Assembly: GCA_043228905.1 (NCBI GenBank)
Contig: JBHGNT010000922.1
Location: 1 to 13,842 of the forward strand
Direction of reading: 5' to 3'
Source of the DNA: Azolla caroliniana
Lineage: Eukaryota > Plantae > Polypodiophyta
DNA: 13,842 bases
Shown one piece after another: positions 1-10,485 of this stretch. A model generated the notes under the pieces. That model saw only the letters and a program-made list of their open reading frames with translations. It searched no databases and was not told the DNA's origin. Positions within the stretch are counted from its first letter, which is position 1. Every line of letters starts with the position of its first letter. A program made the translations under genes and the position numbers.

Positions 1-425
1 ATCAGTCCGAAACATAGTTGGGAAAGACCCAAGCAAGGTTTAGGTTGGGACAGACCAAAGTAGTCCCAAACAAGAGTTGGATAGACCTAAGATGTCCCAA
101 ACAATGAGCAGTCCCAATGACTAGCCAAAAGGAAGCCCAACAACCACCTCTTAACCTAACGGCTAGGGAAGCCCAACAACTACCTCTTGGCCTAATGGCT
201 AGGGTAGTCCAAAAGCCACCCACCCCTTGGGCTATATATGGAGGAGCTTGTCCTCATTTTGAGTCATTCTCAATCTATGAGTCCTACTCTCTCCTTTTGT
301 AATCTTCTAGTCCCTCATCATCTTTTTGGTTTGTCCCAACCTAGGATTGTTGTAATCTTGTATCTCTTTCATGTAAAATAAATCATCTTCTTGTCCCAAT
401 TCTCTTTGTCCCAACCAAGTTTTCA
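1..425 (+). mobile_element. Possible 3' portion of a retrotransposon LTR (left end outside the window)
   Basis: Short tandem sub-repeats (6-220) are followed by a TATATA box (~234), a pyrimidine-rich tract, AATAAA (~377) and a ...TTTTCA end at 425. This resembles a U3-R-U5 layout. No second LTR or PBS is available to confirm it. Confidence 0.35.
131..220 (+). repeat. 36-bp tandem repeat, ~2.5 copies
   Basis: GGAAGCCCAACAACCACCTCTTAACCTAACGGCTAG (131-166), GGAAGCCCAACAACTACCTCTTGGCCTAATGGCTAG (167-202), and a partial GGTAGTCCAAAAGCCACC (203-220). Confidence 0.9.
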
Positions 426-846
426 TGTTGTTTTGAGAACCCCATAATTACTAGGGGCGCAATAGGTAGACTTGATCAAATTTGCCATGCTAAGTCCTCA
501 AAGAACTGCTTCATGAGGCAAAGCCTCCGATTGTAGGGACATTGTAACATTTAATGTGGTCATTGTCATTCATGTTCATGTTCATCAAATAAAGTTTTTA
601 AACTAATAGAACTTGGGAGGTAACGTATGTATGGATGTGGTTGGTAGTAATCTATCTATCCCATGCCGTTGGCGTTCTCAATTGCCCGTTTAGATCCAAA
701 GTGTTTGTTTGTTTGGAAGACGTGGGAGTAAAAAAGTAAAAATGAATACATATGGACATACATACATCTTGTATTAGAAACTCATGTTGTTTTTTGGTGA
801 AAAAAAAACTCATGTTGGGGATTGATTGTGTTGTTCGTGCGAGTAT

Positions 847-2819
847 TCACTTCAATTTTGAGGAGAGGAGATGGCCGATGAATATACCGAGTGCAAGCCC
901 TGCCGGATAGCCCACCAGAAGTGCCCACGGACATACGAACTCACGGAACCAAATCGTGATCTGCATTTGCCCACCTGTGCTTGTGCTTGTGATGCCCACC
1001 ACATCATTAGTATTCATCACATTGTAGCTTGTGTTGCAGGAGGAAAGAGGGCAGCCATACAGCCCCGGGTTGTTCTCGTAGCTCATTTTCCCGAACTTGG
1101 TGTCAAAGTTGTTCTGTGTGGGAATGAGTCCTTCCAGTTGGTTGTGGGCGAGGTTTAAAGTATCGAGGTTGTCCAGAGACGTGAGATCTTGTGGGATGCC
1201 ACCGCTGAGCTGGTTGTAGGACAGGTCCAACACCTCCAACTGCCTCAATCTCCCGAATGTACCTGCAGGTATTGTGCCGCCAATTCGGTTGTGGGACAGG
1301 TTGACTCCTGTCAAACCCTGCAGCTCCCCGAAGCTCTCCGGAATTTCGCCTTCCAGATAGTTCATGGACACATCAATGTAGATCCGTGCACTCAGCACAT
1401 ACTCAAGAATGTAGACAGAATTCTTCAGCGTGACAGGCACCTCAACGTAGAGGGTTGTCTGGTTCTTGTCTGAGGTTTGATTGAGCTTGAAGTAGACGAG
1501 GTGCGTGAGAGTCGCAGGGAAGCGGCCATGGAAACGATTATTGGAGAGGTCCAGTGCCTGCAGTTTGGGAAGCTTCCAAACCCAGCCCGGGATGTGGCCA
1601 CTTAGCTGGTTGTAGCTCAACGAGAGCACCCTGAGGTTGGATAAACCAGTGATGTCAAGAGTAGTAGTATTGCCTAAGGATCCGGTTAAATATTTGTTCC
1701 GCTGCACATCAAAGATGATCAGTGCCTTACTCTCTGTTAGGCCAGCAGGTAGGCCCCCTTCTAAAGCATTTCCATAGACACTAAAAGTGTCGAGATTAGG
1801 CAACTTGGACAGATCCAAGTTCTCTATCTTCCCAGTCAAATTGTTCTGAAAGAGGCGTAAAGTCTGAAGACCAGACAGATTATGTAAAGCGTGGACAGGG
1901 ACGATCCCTTGCAGGTTGTTTGTGGAGAGGTCTAATTTCTGCAGCTTTGTCAATGCCCCGATTTCGAGAGGAATGTATCCAGAAAGCTTATTGTTATTTA
2001 ATGTTAAGCTCTCTGTGTTTATTAGGCGGCCGAGAGATGGAGGAATGCTTCACTGGTGACGGTGCTGTGTTGTGCCAGGATTTGGAGGAGTTGTTCTAGG
2101 ATTGTTCCATTCAGATCATTAGAACCGACGCTGAGTCGTTCCAGGTTGGGAAGCTGGCCAATCTGTGGTGGTATAGATCCTGTTAAGAGGTTTTGCGAGA
2201 GGTTTAGATATGTCAGCTGTGGAAAATTCCATTTCAACTCAGGGGGGAAGATGTCGACCATGCTGCAATAAAACAGATCCAACTGTTGAAGCTGCGTTAA
2301 ATTCTGCAATGCCTTCGTAGGGAACCCCCCCTCAATATGGCTGAGCTGCCATGCCAGCGTTTGCAGGTCTGCCATTCTACCGAAACACTCAGGTATGCTC
2401 CCTGTAAGACCCTGGGATACGGGGTATCCTGGTGGAAGGTAGTTGAAGAAACCAGATTCCTGCATCCATCCCACATCGAACCACACCATTTGGGTACAGT
2501 TGCAAAGCTCAACGGGAACTGGACCCTCAAGATTGGCCCTAAATAGAGAGAGTTCCTGGAGGTTTATTAGCAGTCCCAGCTCACTCGGGATGGAACCCAT
2601 GAGAGGGTTGAACCAGGAGGAGAGGCAAGAGAAGGGGTCATGGGTGATGGCATCCTTGAATGTTATGAGAGCTTGGGCTTGGGCTTGCACTACCGTCATA
2701 TCGTCGTCATTATCGGAGGTAGGAGAGGAAGCAGGGGCCACAACCTCTGCAGCCATTGCTGAATTGATGATCACGATAAGGATTGAGAGGAGATGGAGAG
2801 TGCATCGGAGGTTCAGCAT
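847..2819 (-). pseudogene. LRR receptor-like protein (signal peptide, plant extracellular LRRs, island domain, TM, short tail, no kinase), frameshifted; probable pseudogene
   Basis: ORF 2819-2022 has a hydrophobic signal peptide, the start of an LRRNT (QAQALITFKDAITHDPFSCLSSW) and LxxLxxLxLSxNxLTGxIP repeats. A second frame is open from 2049 to 847 (SIPPSLGRLINTESLTLNNNKLSGYIPLEIGALTKLQKLDLSTNNLQG...). It carries an island domain, four terminal LRRs, an NNPGLYGCPL C-cap, a GxxxG-containing TM (WALLVGYPAGLALGIFIGHLL) and the tail SSKLK. The frames switch near 2050-2056, with TGA at 2052-2050 where GGA (GSIP) is expected. No plausible intron spans the junction. Confidence 0.88.
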
Positions 2820-4212
2820 TGCACCACGGGAATAGGAAGGATTGTCGAAAGGGTGCTGTTCTGGTGATGGAGGGGAAATGAAGAGCTGGAAATTTTGGCG
2901 AGGGGGAAACTACTAACACCAGCACATATAAAAAATAGTCTGGGCCTTCCAATAATCTCTATCATTTGACAAAAATATGTTAGTGATTGATAGATCATAT
3001 ACATACATACGTCAAAGAAGAAGGAAAAAGAAGAGTGATGTAGAAATCATTTAGAAAGGTGTGCCAACCTCGACTAGAGAATTAATGATTTCTTTTCCTT
3101 TACTACTGATCCCATTATTTGGAAATTGAGCTTGCCACCTTCCACCCGGACTCCACCACCAACCACCCCTTTTTTGATAAGGCTGAGCCACCATAGTTTA
3201 GCCAAATCTTGCTCAAGCTTCCAAAGGATAGAGAATTGATTCTTATTCTAGCATGCAAGATGCTATAGGACAATATTGGTTTGTTTCCAAGGAATCGCCA
3301 TGGAGCGAGAAAAGGAATTTTATCAACATTAAAGACCTCCATTACCTAGTAGATGGACCATACCATTACAAGATCATGGAGATAATTGTGCACCATGTCC
3401 AATGTGCACAACTTACAAGGACATTGAGATGCATGCATGTGTATAGGTTAGTCACTACTCATAGCTCAATTATGCATTTTGTGCTTATAAACCATTTCCA
3501 AAATCATCCAACATGTAGTAAAATAATTATAATGGAGTTGTAACAACCAACTTCCTTCAACCAACCTCTCAACTTGAGCTCTAACCTGAAAGGTTACAAT
3601 ACATGGTGATAGAGCTTCTAAGATGAGTACCATTCACCTAGATTGTTGCATAAACGAGTCGAAGTAAAGCATCAAATAATGTCCCACAATGCACCTCGAT
3701 TATGGCACAATTAAGTTGAAATAAAACATAATATAACATCCCAAAGTATGTAATATCAAAAATTTAGGATGAGAAGTCTAGGCGTCTTCATGATTCCTTT
3801 CATTGTACAATGAACACATTTCGTAATGAAAGTAGGCAATATAGTTATCTATGACACATACAATTCTAGAGTTTATCTATGTCACCCTCTACACCTAAGC
3901 TTGGTTTGTTTTGTCTACGTGCAAATTTTCTTTGTATCACTCTGTCTCTCTTTCATGTGCTAGGCTACATTTGGAAAAATTTAGTGACGTTTCCATGTTG
4001 GAAAGCATTATGCCATTGCATAAACCAAGCACACATTCTTTGTCTAAGCTCTCCTCCCCAAAGCAATGGACCACACCTACACATAGGTAGTAGGATTATA
4101 TGCACACAATCATACACACGCACGCAAAGCAAAAAATAGTTTCTTTCTTTATAAAAAGGAACTTCGTAAAGAATGTTTTTTAAAATTCATTTAAACAATT
4201 TGTTCGAGGTTC

Positions 4213-4658
4213 GTCATTAAATCCAGGTTATATTGATAAATACTATGATACTTATTTTATCTGTAATATAATCTTTCTAAATGAAATACTTTTTTTGATC
4301 AATGGTTAATTAATGGTCTTATCAACGAAATGAGGGGTTTCAACTTATTTGGCGGAGAATGTATGACATACATTCTACGCCAAATATTATTTGGTCATTA
4401 AATCCAGGTTTAACATAATATTTCTAAGTGAAATACTTTTTTTGATCAATGGTTAATTAATGGTCTTATCAACGAAATGAGGGGTTTCAACTTATTTGGC
4501 GGAGAATGTATGACATACATTCTCCGCCAAATATTATTTGGTCATTAAATCCAGGTTTAACATAATATTTCTAAGTGAAATACTTTTTATTATCAATGGT
4601 TAATTAATGGTCTTATCAACGAAATGAGGGGTTTCAACTTATTTGGCGGAGAATGTAT
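4213..4658. repeat. Tandem repeat, 147-bp period, ~2.8 copies, each full unit containing a 41-bp palindrome
   Basis: Units start with GTCATTAAATCCAGGTT at 4213, 4394 and 4541. Unit 1 has an extra ~34 bp. The palindrome TATTTGGCGGAGAATGTATG-A-CATACATTCTCCGCCAAATA is perfect at 4493-4533 and has one mismatch at 4346-4386. Confidence 0.95.
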
Positions 4659-4903
4659 AATATATGCAATAGAGTGTCTTATTATCATACATACAATCAT
4701 GCAATTGTGTATATACATTCATACATATACACATTAATATAAAGATTTATACATACACGTATATATGTATTCATAAAATCAATTGTACATACACACAAAC
4801 ATACATCATATGTTCCATGTTTACAGTGTCATGGTTAATGAATAGATAGATACACAAAGAGCAGAAATAGAAGAGTGTAGATAGAGACTGTGTGTCTGTG
4901 TTT

Positions 4904-4942
4904 GTCCCACATAGAGAGGACGGAGACGAAGAGAGGTATAAA
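4904..4942 (+). promoter_or_regulatory. Plant snRNA-type promoter (USE + TATA) of the decayed U1 copy
   Basis: GTCCCACATAG at 4904-4914 (plant USE consensus RTCCCACATCG) and TATAAA at 4937-4942. The layout is identical to 12833-12871. Confidence 0.8.
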
Positions 4943-4968
4943 TTGAGGGCTGTGAGCAACATATCTAC

Positions 4969-5104
4969 TTATATACCTGTGCTGGGTCTCCCAAACTTCA
5001 GATAATGCCATTGGGTTAGGGCCGGTGCACCCATTGCCCTCCTAGAGGGGTTGTTTGACCTAGTGTTTCACCAAATGGGAGAGTGCAAGTCATATTACGT
5101 GTCA
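4969..5104 (+). pseudogene. U1: Degenerate, 3'-truncated U1 snRNA copy
   Basis: Colinear with 12898-13033: TTATATACCTG vs ATACTTACCTG; TTAGGGCCGGTGC..CCATTGCCCT vs TTAGGGCCGGCGC..CCATTGCACT; GAGGGGTTGTTTGACCTAG vs GAGGGGCTGTTTGCCCTAG; TGGGAGAGTGCAAGTCATA vs TGGGAGAGTGCACGTCATA. The Sm site is mutated and stem-loop IV is absent. Confidence 0.88.
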
Positions 5105-5519
5105 TGAAGAGTATATGTAAATAGAAGAGATAGACAATAGGGAAGTGAATTGTATATAGAATCATGGATTGTATGTATAGGCACATTATATGTATACATA
5201 TGTATAGATAGATAAGTTAGGTGGGTAGGAGGCAAAGAACTGTGGGTAGCCAAACTGGGTGTTATGTATTAGCCCTACACTGCCCATTGCTTGTTCGGAC
5301 GTTGGGACATCATTTGTTATTGTAAACTTTGTGGTGTCAATGGACCACGTTTGTTAGGTCGATCTTTGGGCCCTTCGGAGTTAAACACTGTATTTTCCAT
5401 GTGCACGTCCATCATATCCGCTTGCCGTATGCATAACATGTTCAAGCTCAAACGCTAAAAAAATATCTATCTATCTTATTTGTCATGGTTGTACCCACGA
5501 TCTTCTATCGTTCAATGAT

Positions 5520-5907
5520 TGGGTATTTGTTAGATTTGCTTGGATTTCTCTAATGTCTATGCCCCCCCCCCCTCGTCAAGAACACATCCTCATTCAAAGT
5601 TACATCTATGAAAATGATACCATGTTTGAGACAATGAAGTTTAGATTTATAGTAGGGGATGATTCTAAAGTTGATTTCATTAAAACATTGTTCTTTCACT
5701 TGGGTAATTCTTAAATTTGTTTTGATTTCTCTAATGTTTATGCCCCCCCCCCCCCCCCCCCCCTTCAAGAACATATCCTTATTCAAAGTTACATCTATGA
5801 AAAGGATACCATGTTTGAGACATTGAAGTCTAGATTTCTAGTATGAGATGATTCCAAAGTTGTTTTCATGAAAACATTGTTCTTCCACTTGAGTAATAAC
5901 TTAAGAT
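5520..5907. repeat. ~181-bp tandem duplication with poly-C tracts (C11 at 5562-5572, C21 at 5743-5763)
   Basis: Both copies (starting ~5520 and ~5701) share GATTTCTCTAATGTxTATG-Cn-..TCAAGAACAxATCCTxATTCAAAGTTACATCTATGAAAAxGATACCATGTTTGAGACA...AAAACATTGTTCTTxCACTTG. Confidence 0.93.
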
Positions 5908-6980
5908 AAGCTAACAAGGGCATTTGTCATTTTCTTGTTGGTTAAAAACTTATTGCAATTACAATTGAAAGTACCGTGTCTTAGCAACCATTTTACGAAT
6001 TTTCTCTAATGGGTTACTGAATCATCATGTAGACGCCTTCATTCATATTAATAACATAGAATACATGTAGAGTGATGTGCCAAGGCCGTTCTAGCCCTTA
6101 GGGTATGCCATGATAATCTTTTTGATTATTTAGGGCAATCCATAGTACAAAACATACACTTGTGCATGGATATACATGATTGCACCAAGCTTTAAATGCA
6201 TGAATGGGTAAAGAATGAGAGCATACACAAAGTTGGAGTGTTGATATATCATGGAGATAGCTACCACAAAGTCAATAGCACTTGCTTCCACGTGATGTGT
6301 ATTAGCAACACCAAAGTGGTAGCTTGAAGCAATGTGAACTCAACATATCACCATTCATATTTTGTTGTATTTATTCCAAGTGTTAATGCAATATGTTTTA
6401 TTGCATATCTCTTTTGAATTAAATGTCGTAGAGTGCAATGTTGTGCACAAGCCATGGTCGTCGAGCAAATCATATGGTTATGAGTGTGCAAATTATAAAT
6501 TTGGATTGCATAATTGATGTTGAGGTTCTTTGTTTTTAGAAGGGGGGGATTTATGTTTACAAGAAAAAGACATAGTTTACTTTTACGGAAAAGGGGTATC
6601 TTTAGTTTTTGGCTAAAAAACATACCCTCATTTGAAGGAAAAAGGCATAGCATGTGCTCATGAGTCACCCCCCTATAATATTGTGGTGTGCATGTGTTCC
6701 TTTGTGCCACCCTTTTAACACCCATTTTAGGATGCATGTACCTAAGCCGACCCACCCTTTCAGCTAAGCCAACCCAAATGGGTAACTTTGTATCAACTAT
6801 AAATTAAGTGAGAAGTAAGAAGCTAACTAGATTGGTTTTGATCTCTTATGTGCATGTCACATATTGGTGGAGAAGCGGGGTACCTGTTCCCCACGTCCAA
6901 GCATCCACCTCTTCCCCCTCACCTTAGGTTGCCCACTAACTTCTTGTCCCACGAGTTTCCTCGATCCCCCTCCTACACGA

Positions 6981-7101
6981 TAGCCCTCCTGTCCCCCACC
7001 TCAGCTAAGTCTAGGTGGCTCTCAGTCCACAAGAGCGATTGACCTCTATCCTCCTATAGTCCTCATATCCCCCACCTCAGCCAAGTCTAGGTGGCCCTCC
7101 G
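6981..7101. repeat. Direct repeat, 76-bp period, C-rich, abutting the Copia 5' LTR
   Basis: TAGCCCTCCTGTCCCCCACCTCAGCTAAGTCTAGGTGGCTCTCAG (from 6981) and TAGTCCTCATATCCCCCACCTCAGCCAAGTCTAGGTGGCCCTCCG (from 7057). A weaker third unit lies near 6910. Confidence 0.85.
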
Positions 7102-7400
7102 TGTTGAATGCGGGTCTCTAATGGACGTATTCACACTATCTCCTTTTGTACACACTAAGTTTAGGCTAGTTATGTAAATAGTGAGAAGGGCAGTTGCCCT
7201 AAGTTAGTCAATATATAAACTGACTTTGGTTGATATAACTTAGTTCATCTTGTGCCCAACGTCTCTCTCTCTCTTGCGTTCTAAGTGACATATTGTTCTA
7301 TGTCTCTGTTGCCATCAATCTACCTTGATTGTATCAGTTTATTGATCTTCTTACAAAAGAGTGTTGATTTGTTCTGCACTAGACGACCGTATCTCCAACA
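7102..7400 (+). repeat. 5' LTR (299 bp)
   Basis: Begins TGTTG and ends CAACA (inverted termini), contains TATATAAA at ~7212, and is followed 2 nt later by the PBS. Confidence 0.78.
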
Positions 7401-7402
7401 TG

Positions 7403-7414
7403 TGGTATCAAAGC
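7403..7414 (+). other. Primer binding site (initiator tRNA-Met)
   Basis: TGGTATCAAAGC has one mismatch to the canonical plant PBS TGGTATCAGAGC and lies directly after the LTR end. Confidence 0.85.
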
Positions 7415-7947
7415 TTGAGGTTCTTTCGATTCTGATGTTGTCGTCTATCTAGTTGCTATCAGCAACTCTTCTTCTGTACACCGTGAAGATCTCTATAAGA
7501 TCATTTTCGCGAAGAGAAACGCCGACAAAATTTGCACTCCACTATTCTAAATCACCATTGAAGTGAGCCAATCGGCTACACTTCACTCTTGTGATTGTAG
7601 CCGCTTGTAGTGAGATTTCACTTCACAAGCTCTGCCTCAGTCAAACTACATTGGATTAGACAACAATCGAATAGGTCACCTGACGCTAGTCACTCACTTG
7701 TCGTAATCACTTGTAGATGTTTGGGCTCCAAGAACAACCCCCTTCTGTACTTCATTCGCCTAGACAACATTCGGAAAGATTAGATGAAATTGTCCTTCTC
7801 ATTGTTGTAGTCACCTGAACCAAAACTGGCATGGATAATCGACACATACTTTGTGTTCGAAAATCTCGAAAATCGAATCAACATACTCGGGTCCAACTTC
7901 GGATCGAGTCTCCCGAATTTCGAATCAGATTCGGCTTTTGTTCAAAC

Positions 7948-10217
7948 ATCAATGAAGATGAGATGGTGCAAGTATGCTTGGGCGGCCTCGCACAACGATT
8001 CAACCTGTTGAGAACGGCAATCTTGGCGAGAGATACCCCTCCCTCGTTCTTCAACCTCCAATCAATGCTATTGGTCGAAGAAAACCACGTTCAACCAAAG
8101 ACCAACACATCGGAAGGACAAATGCTCTTCTCCGATACAGATGGTGCCCATAGACGAGGTCGAAGCGGAGAGGTCAATTCAACCTATCCCACGAAGGGAA
8201 TTCACAATTTCGGCAAGGAAACGGAAGCCATCGAGGAACCTTCATAAGAAGGGGGAGCTTCCACGCCGAACAAGGTCGGCGAACGACGCCACCTACGTGC
8301 AACTATTGCGGCAAAATCGGCCATCGCGAAGAGGAGTGCCGAAAAAGATGAAGCGAGTCGGCCTCAACAAGCCGGCAACTCACAAATTACGCCGCGAACG
8401 CGGAATACGCGGACTACGACGGACTCTTCGTGATGAGGCATAGAGCGAACTCTATGATGGGCTCCGATCCCGCAAACTCCGCAAGCACCTCCAACTCCGA
8501 ACACGCGTGGTTCGTAGACTCCGACGCCTCACACCACATGACGTCGCACCAAGAGTGGTTTCGCGACTTGCGAACGCCGGATCGACCCGGCTACATAGAG
8601 ACCGAAGACGACACTCTGCATCCCATTCGGCACATCGGCGATGTCCCATTCGGGAAAGAAGGCGAGCAAACCTGCATCAAGAATAATGTCTTGCACGTGC
8701 CCACAATAACAAAGAATTTGGTCTCGGTCAGCCAAATCATGGAGCAAGGTATGCAAGTCCGCTTCAACAATGAAGGTTGCTTCATCAAGAAAGACGACCA
8801 ACTCATAGCCAAGGGACAGAGAGACAGTCGCTTGTTCATCCTCGACTTGAACGAGGTAAAATCGGCCATGTACGCCAAAGGTCTCAAGACTGAGACAAAC
8901 ATCGAGTTGTGGCACAAGCGAATCGTCCACGTAAACCTCCAACGGCTTCGCAGAATGCAATCAAAGGGAGTCGTAATCGGACTTCCGGCCTTCGAATCGA
9001 AACGAGTCGACTGAGTGTGTGAAGCATGCCAACTCAGCAAACAACATCGACTCCCATTCCCGAAGGAGAGCTCCGCAAGCAAAGGCCTCCTTGACATAAT
9101 CCACTCGGACATATGGGGACCGGCTCAAACGCTGATGCTCGGCGGATGCCGCTACTACGTCACCTTCATCGACGACCACTCGCGCTACGCGTGGATATAC
9201 CCGATGAAGAAGAAGAGTGAAGTGCTCTCCCACTTTCAAAGGCTCAAAAGCCAAGTGGAGAAAGAAACCGGTCGGCACATTCGATGCCTACGATCGGAAG
9301 GAGGAAAGGAGTACTTCTCTGACGAGTTCACCTCCTACCTCCAAGGTGAAGGCATTCGTAGAGAGTTCTCATGCCGACACACTCCCCAACAAAACGGAGT
9401 AGCTGAGAGAAAGAGTCGACAAATACTCGAGGTAGCACGCGCCATGATGCGTGAGAAGCACATGCCGAACTTCTATTGGGCGGATGTGGCATCCACGGTC
9501 GTCTATCTCATGAATCGATGCACCACAAATAGCATGCACGAGCTTACTCTATACGAGATCTTCGTTGGAAGAAAGCCCATCCTCTCGCACCTCAAGGTGT
9601 TCGGAAGCATTGCGAATGTACGCATCCCGAACGAAAGTCGAGAGAAGCCCGACGCAAAGTCGGAAGAATGTATTTTCATAGGATACTTGTCTGTGAAAAA
9701 GGCGTACAAGTGCTTCAACCCTTCGACCCGAGCGGTGCGGATAAGTCGCGACGTAGTTTTCAACGAATCGACATCTTGGTATAAGCTCGATGCGACTCCA
9801 TCCGACCCGATCGAGGAAGAATTGAACGCCAACTCAGACGACGAAACTCGGCCAAGTCCTCCACCGAAGGACAATCCAAGCTCTACCGAGCTAATTGGCC
9901 CACAAGAGCCTCCACGCGATGAAAACACGTCGCGGCCAAGTCCGAAATCGAACAAAGGCAAAGGTAAGAGGCCCCAATACGAAGTCGAGGTTCACCCTGA
10001 CGACCGTGATTCAGATGATTCAGCTCGTTCACTAGACAGTGAGTTCGGTGTACCCATCATGAGGACACTCGGAGTAAAGAAGGCGCTCACATCGACAAAC
10101 GAGAAACTCCGCCGCTCATCACGAGCAAAGACCCAAGTCACTCGTTACGCCTACAACGAGTATATGGCCCATCACTATGCCCTCGCGATGAAGGTAGTGG
10201 CCGAACAAGAGCTCGAG
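7948..10217 (+). pseudogene. Copia gag-pol remnant: Gag C-terminal part, CCHC zinc knuckle, aspartic protease, GAG-pre-integrase and integrase
   Basis: INEDEMVQVCLGGLAQRF...LQSMLLVEE (gag, frame 1) is followed by a frameshift near 8170, then CNYCGKIGHREEEC (from 8298, frame 3) and TGA at 8349-8351. Next come WFVDSDASHHMT (protease, normally DSGA), LWHKRIVH...CEAC (HHCC) with TGA at 9012-9014, and HSDIWGP / FIDDHSR / LRSEGGKEY / PQQNGVAERK (integrase core; the second catalytic D appears as E). Homology ends at ...VVAEQELE, before RT. Confidence 0.93.
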
Positions 10218-10252
10218 GATCCAAGTCTTCGTCACAAGCTTGAGGGGGGGAA

Positions 10253-10425
10253 TAAGCCGCAGAGAGCCGCACAACGAAGACGCAAAGAGCCGCGCAACGA
10301 AGCCGCAGAAAGGCGCGCAACGAAGCCGCGAAGAGTCACGCAACGAAGCCGCGAAGAGCCGCGCAACGAGGCCGCGAAGACGCGATGAAAACCACGCAAC
10401 GCCGCAAAGAAAGCCGCAAGCCACA
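10253..10425 (+). repeat. Degenerate GC-rich minisatellite (GAAGAGCCGCGCAACGAAGCCGC-type units) in the Copia 3' region
   Basis: Recurring AGCCGC, GCAACGAAG and GCGAAGA motifs. These generate the repetitive ORFs on both strands in the ORF track. Confidence 0.75.
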
Positions 10426-10485
10426 CCGATGCCGACAAAGCCGAAGGAAGCTAAACCGGACGTTGGACGCCTCACACTTGAGCTT

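Noticed and set aside
871-2835. Plus-strand and alternative-frame ORFs overlapping the RLP (871-1158, 1189-1473, 2056-2271, 2337-2546, 2443-2835 etc.)
   Set aside because: They are shadow ORFs of the LRR coding sequence with no recognisable motifs.
3060-3350. Possible minus-strand LINE RT C-terminal remnant
   Set aside because: Only a vague resemblance across several frames, which cannot be supported without a profile search.
3681-3691. USE-like GTCCCACAATG (and GTCCCACGAG near 6947)
   Set aside because: No TATA box at a suitable distance and no snRNA-like body downstream.
4213-4658. CRISPR-like array (palindromic repeat at regular spacing)
   Set aside because: The intervening sequences are identical rather than unique spacers, there are no cas genes, and the context is eukaryotic.
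6348-6755. 135-aa minus-strand ORF with a faint SWIM-like Cys/His pattern
   Set aside because: Non-ATG start, AT-rich composition and an incomplete motif. The evidence is insufficient for a gene or transposase.
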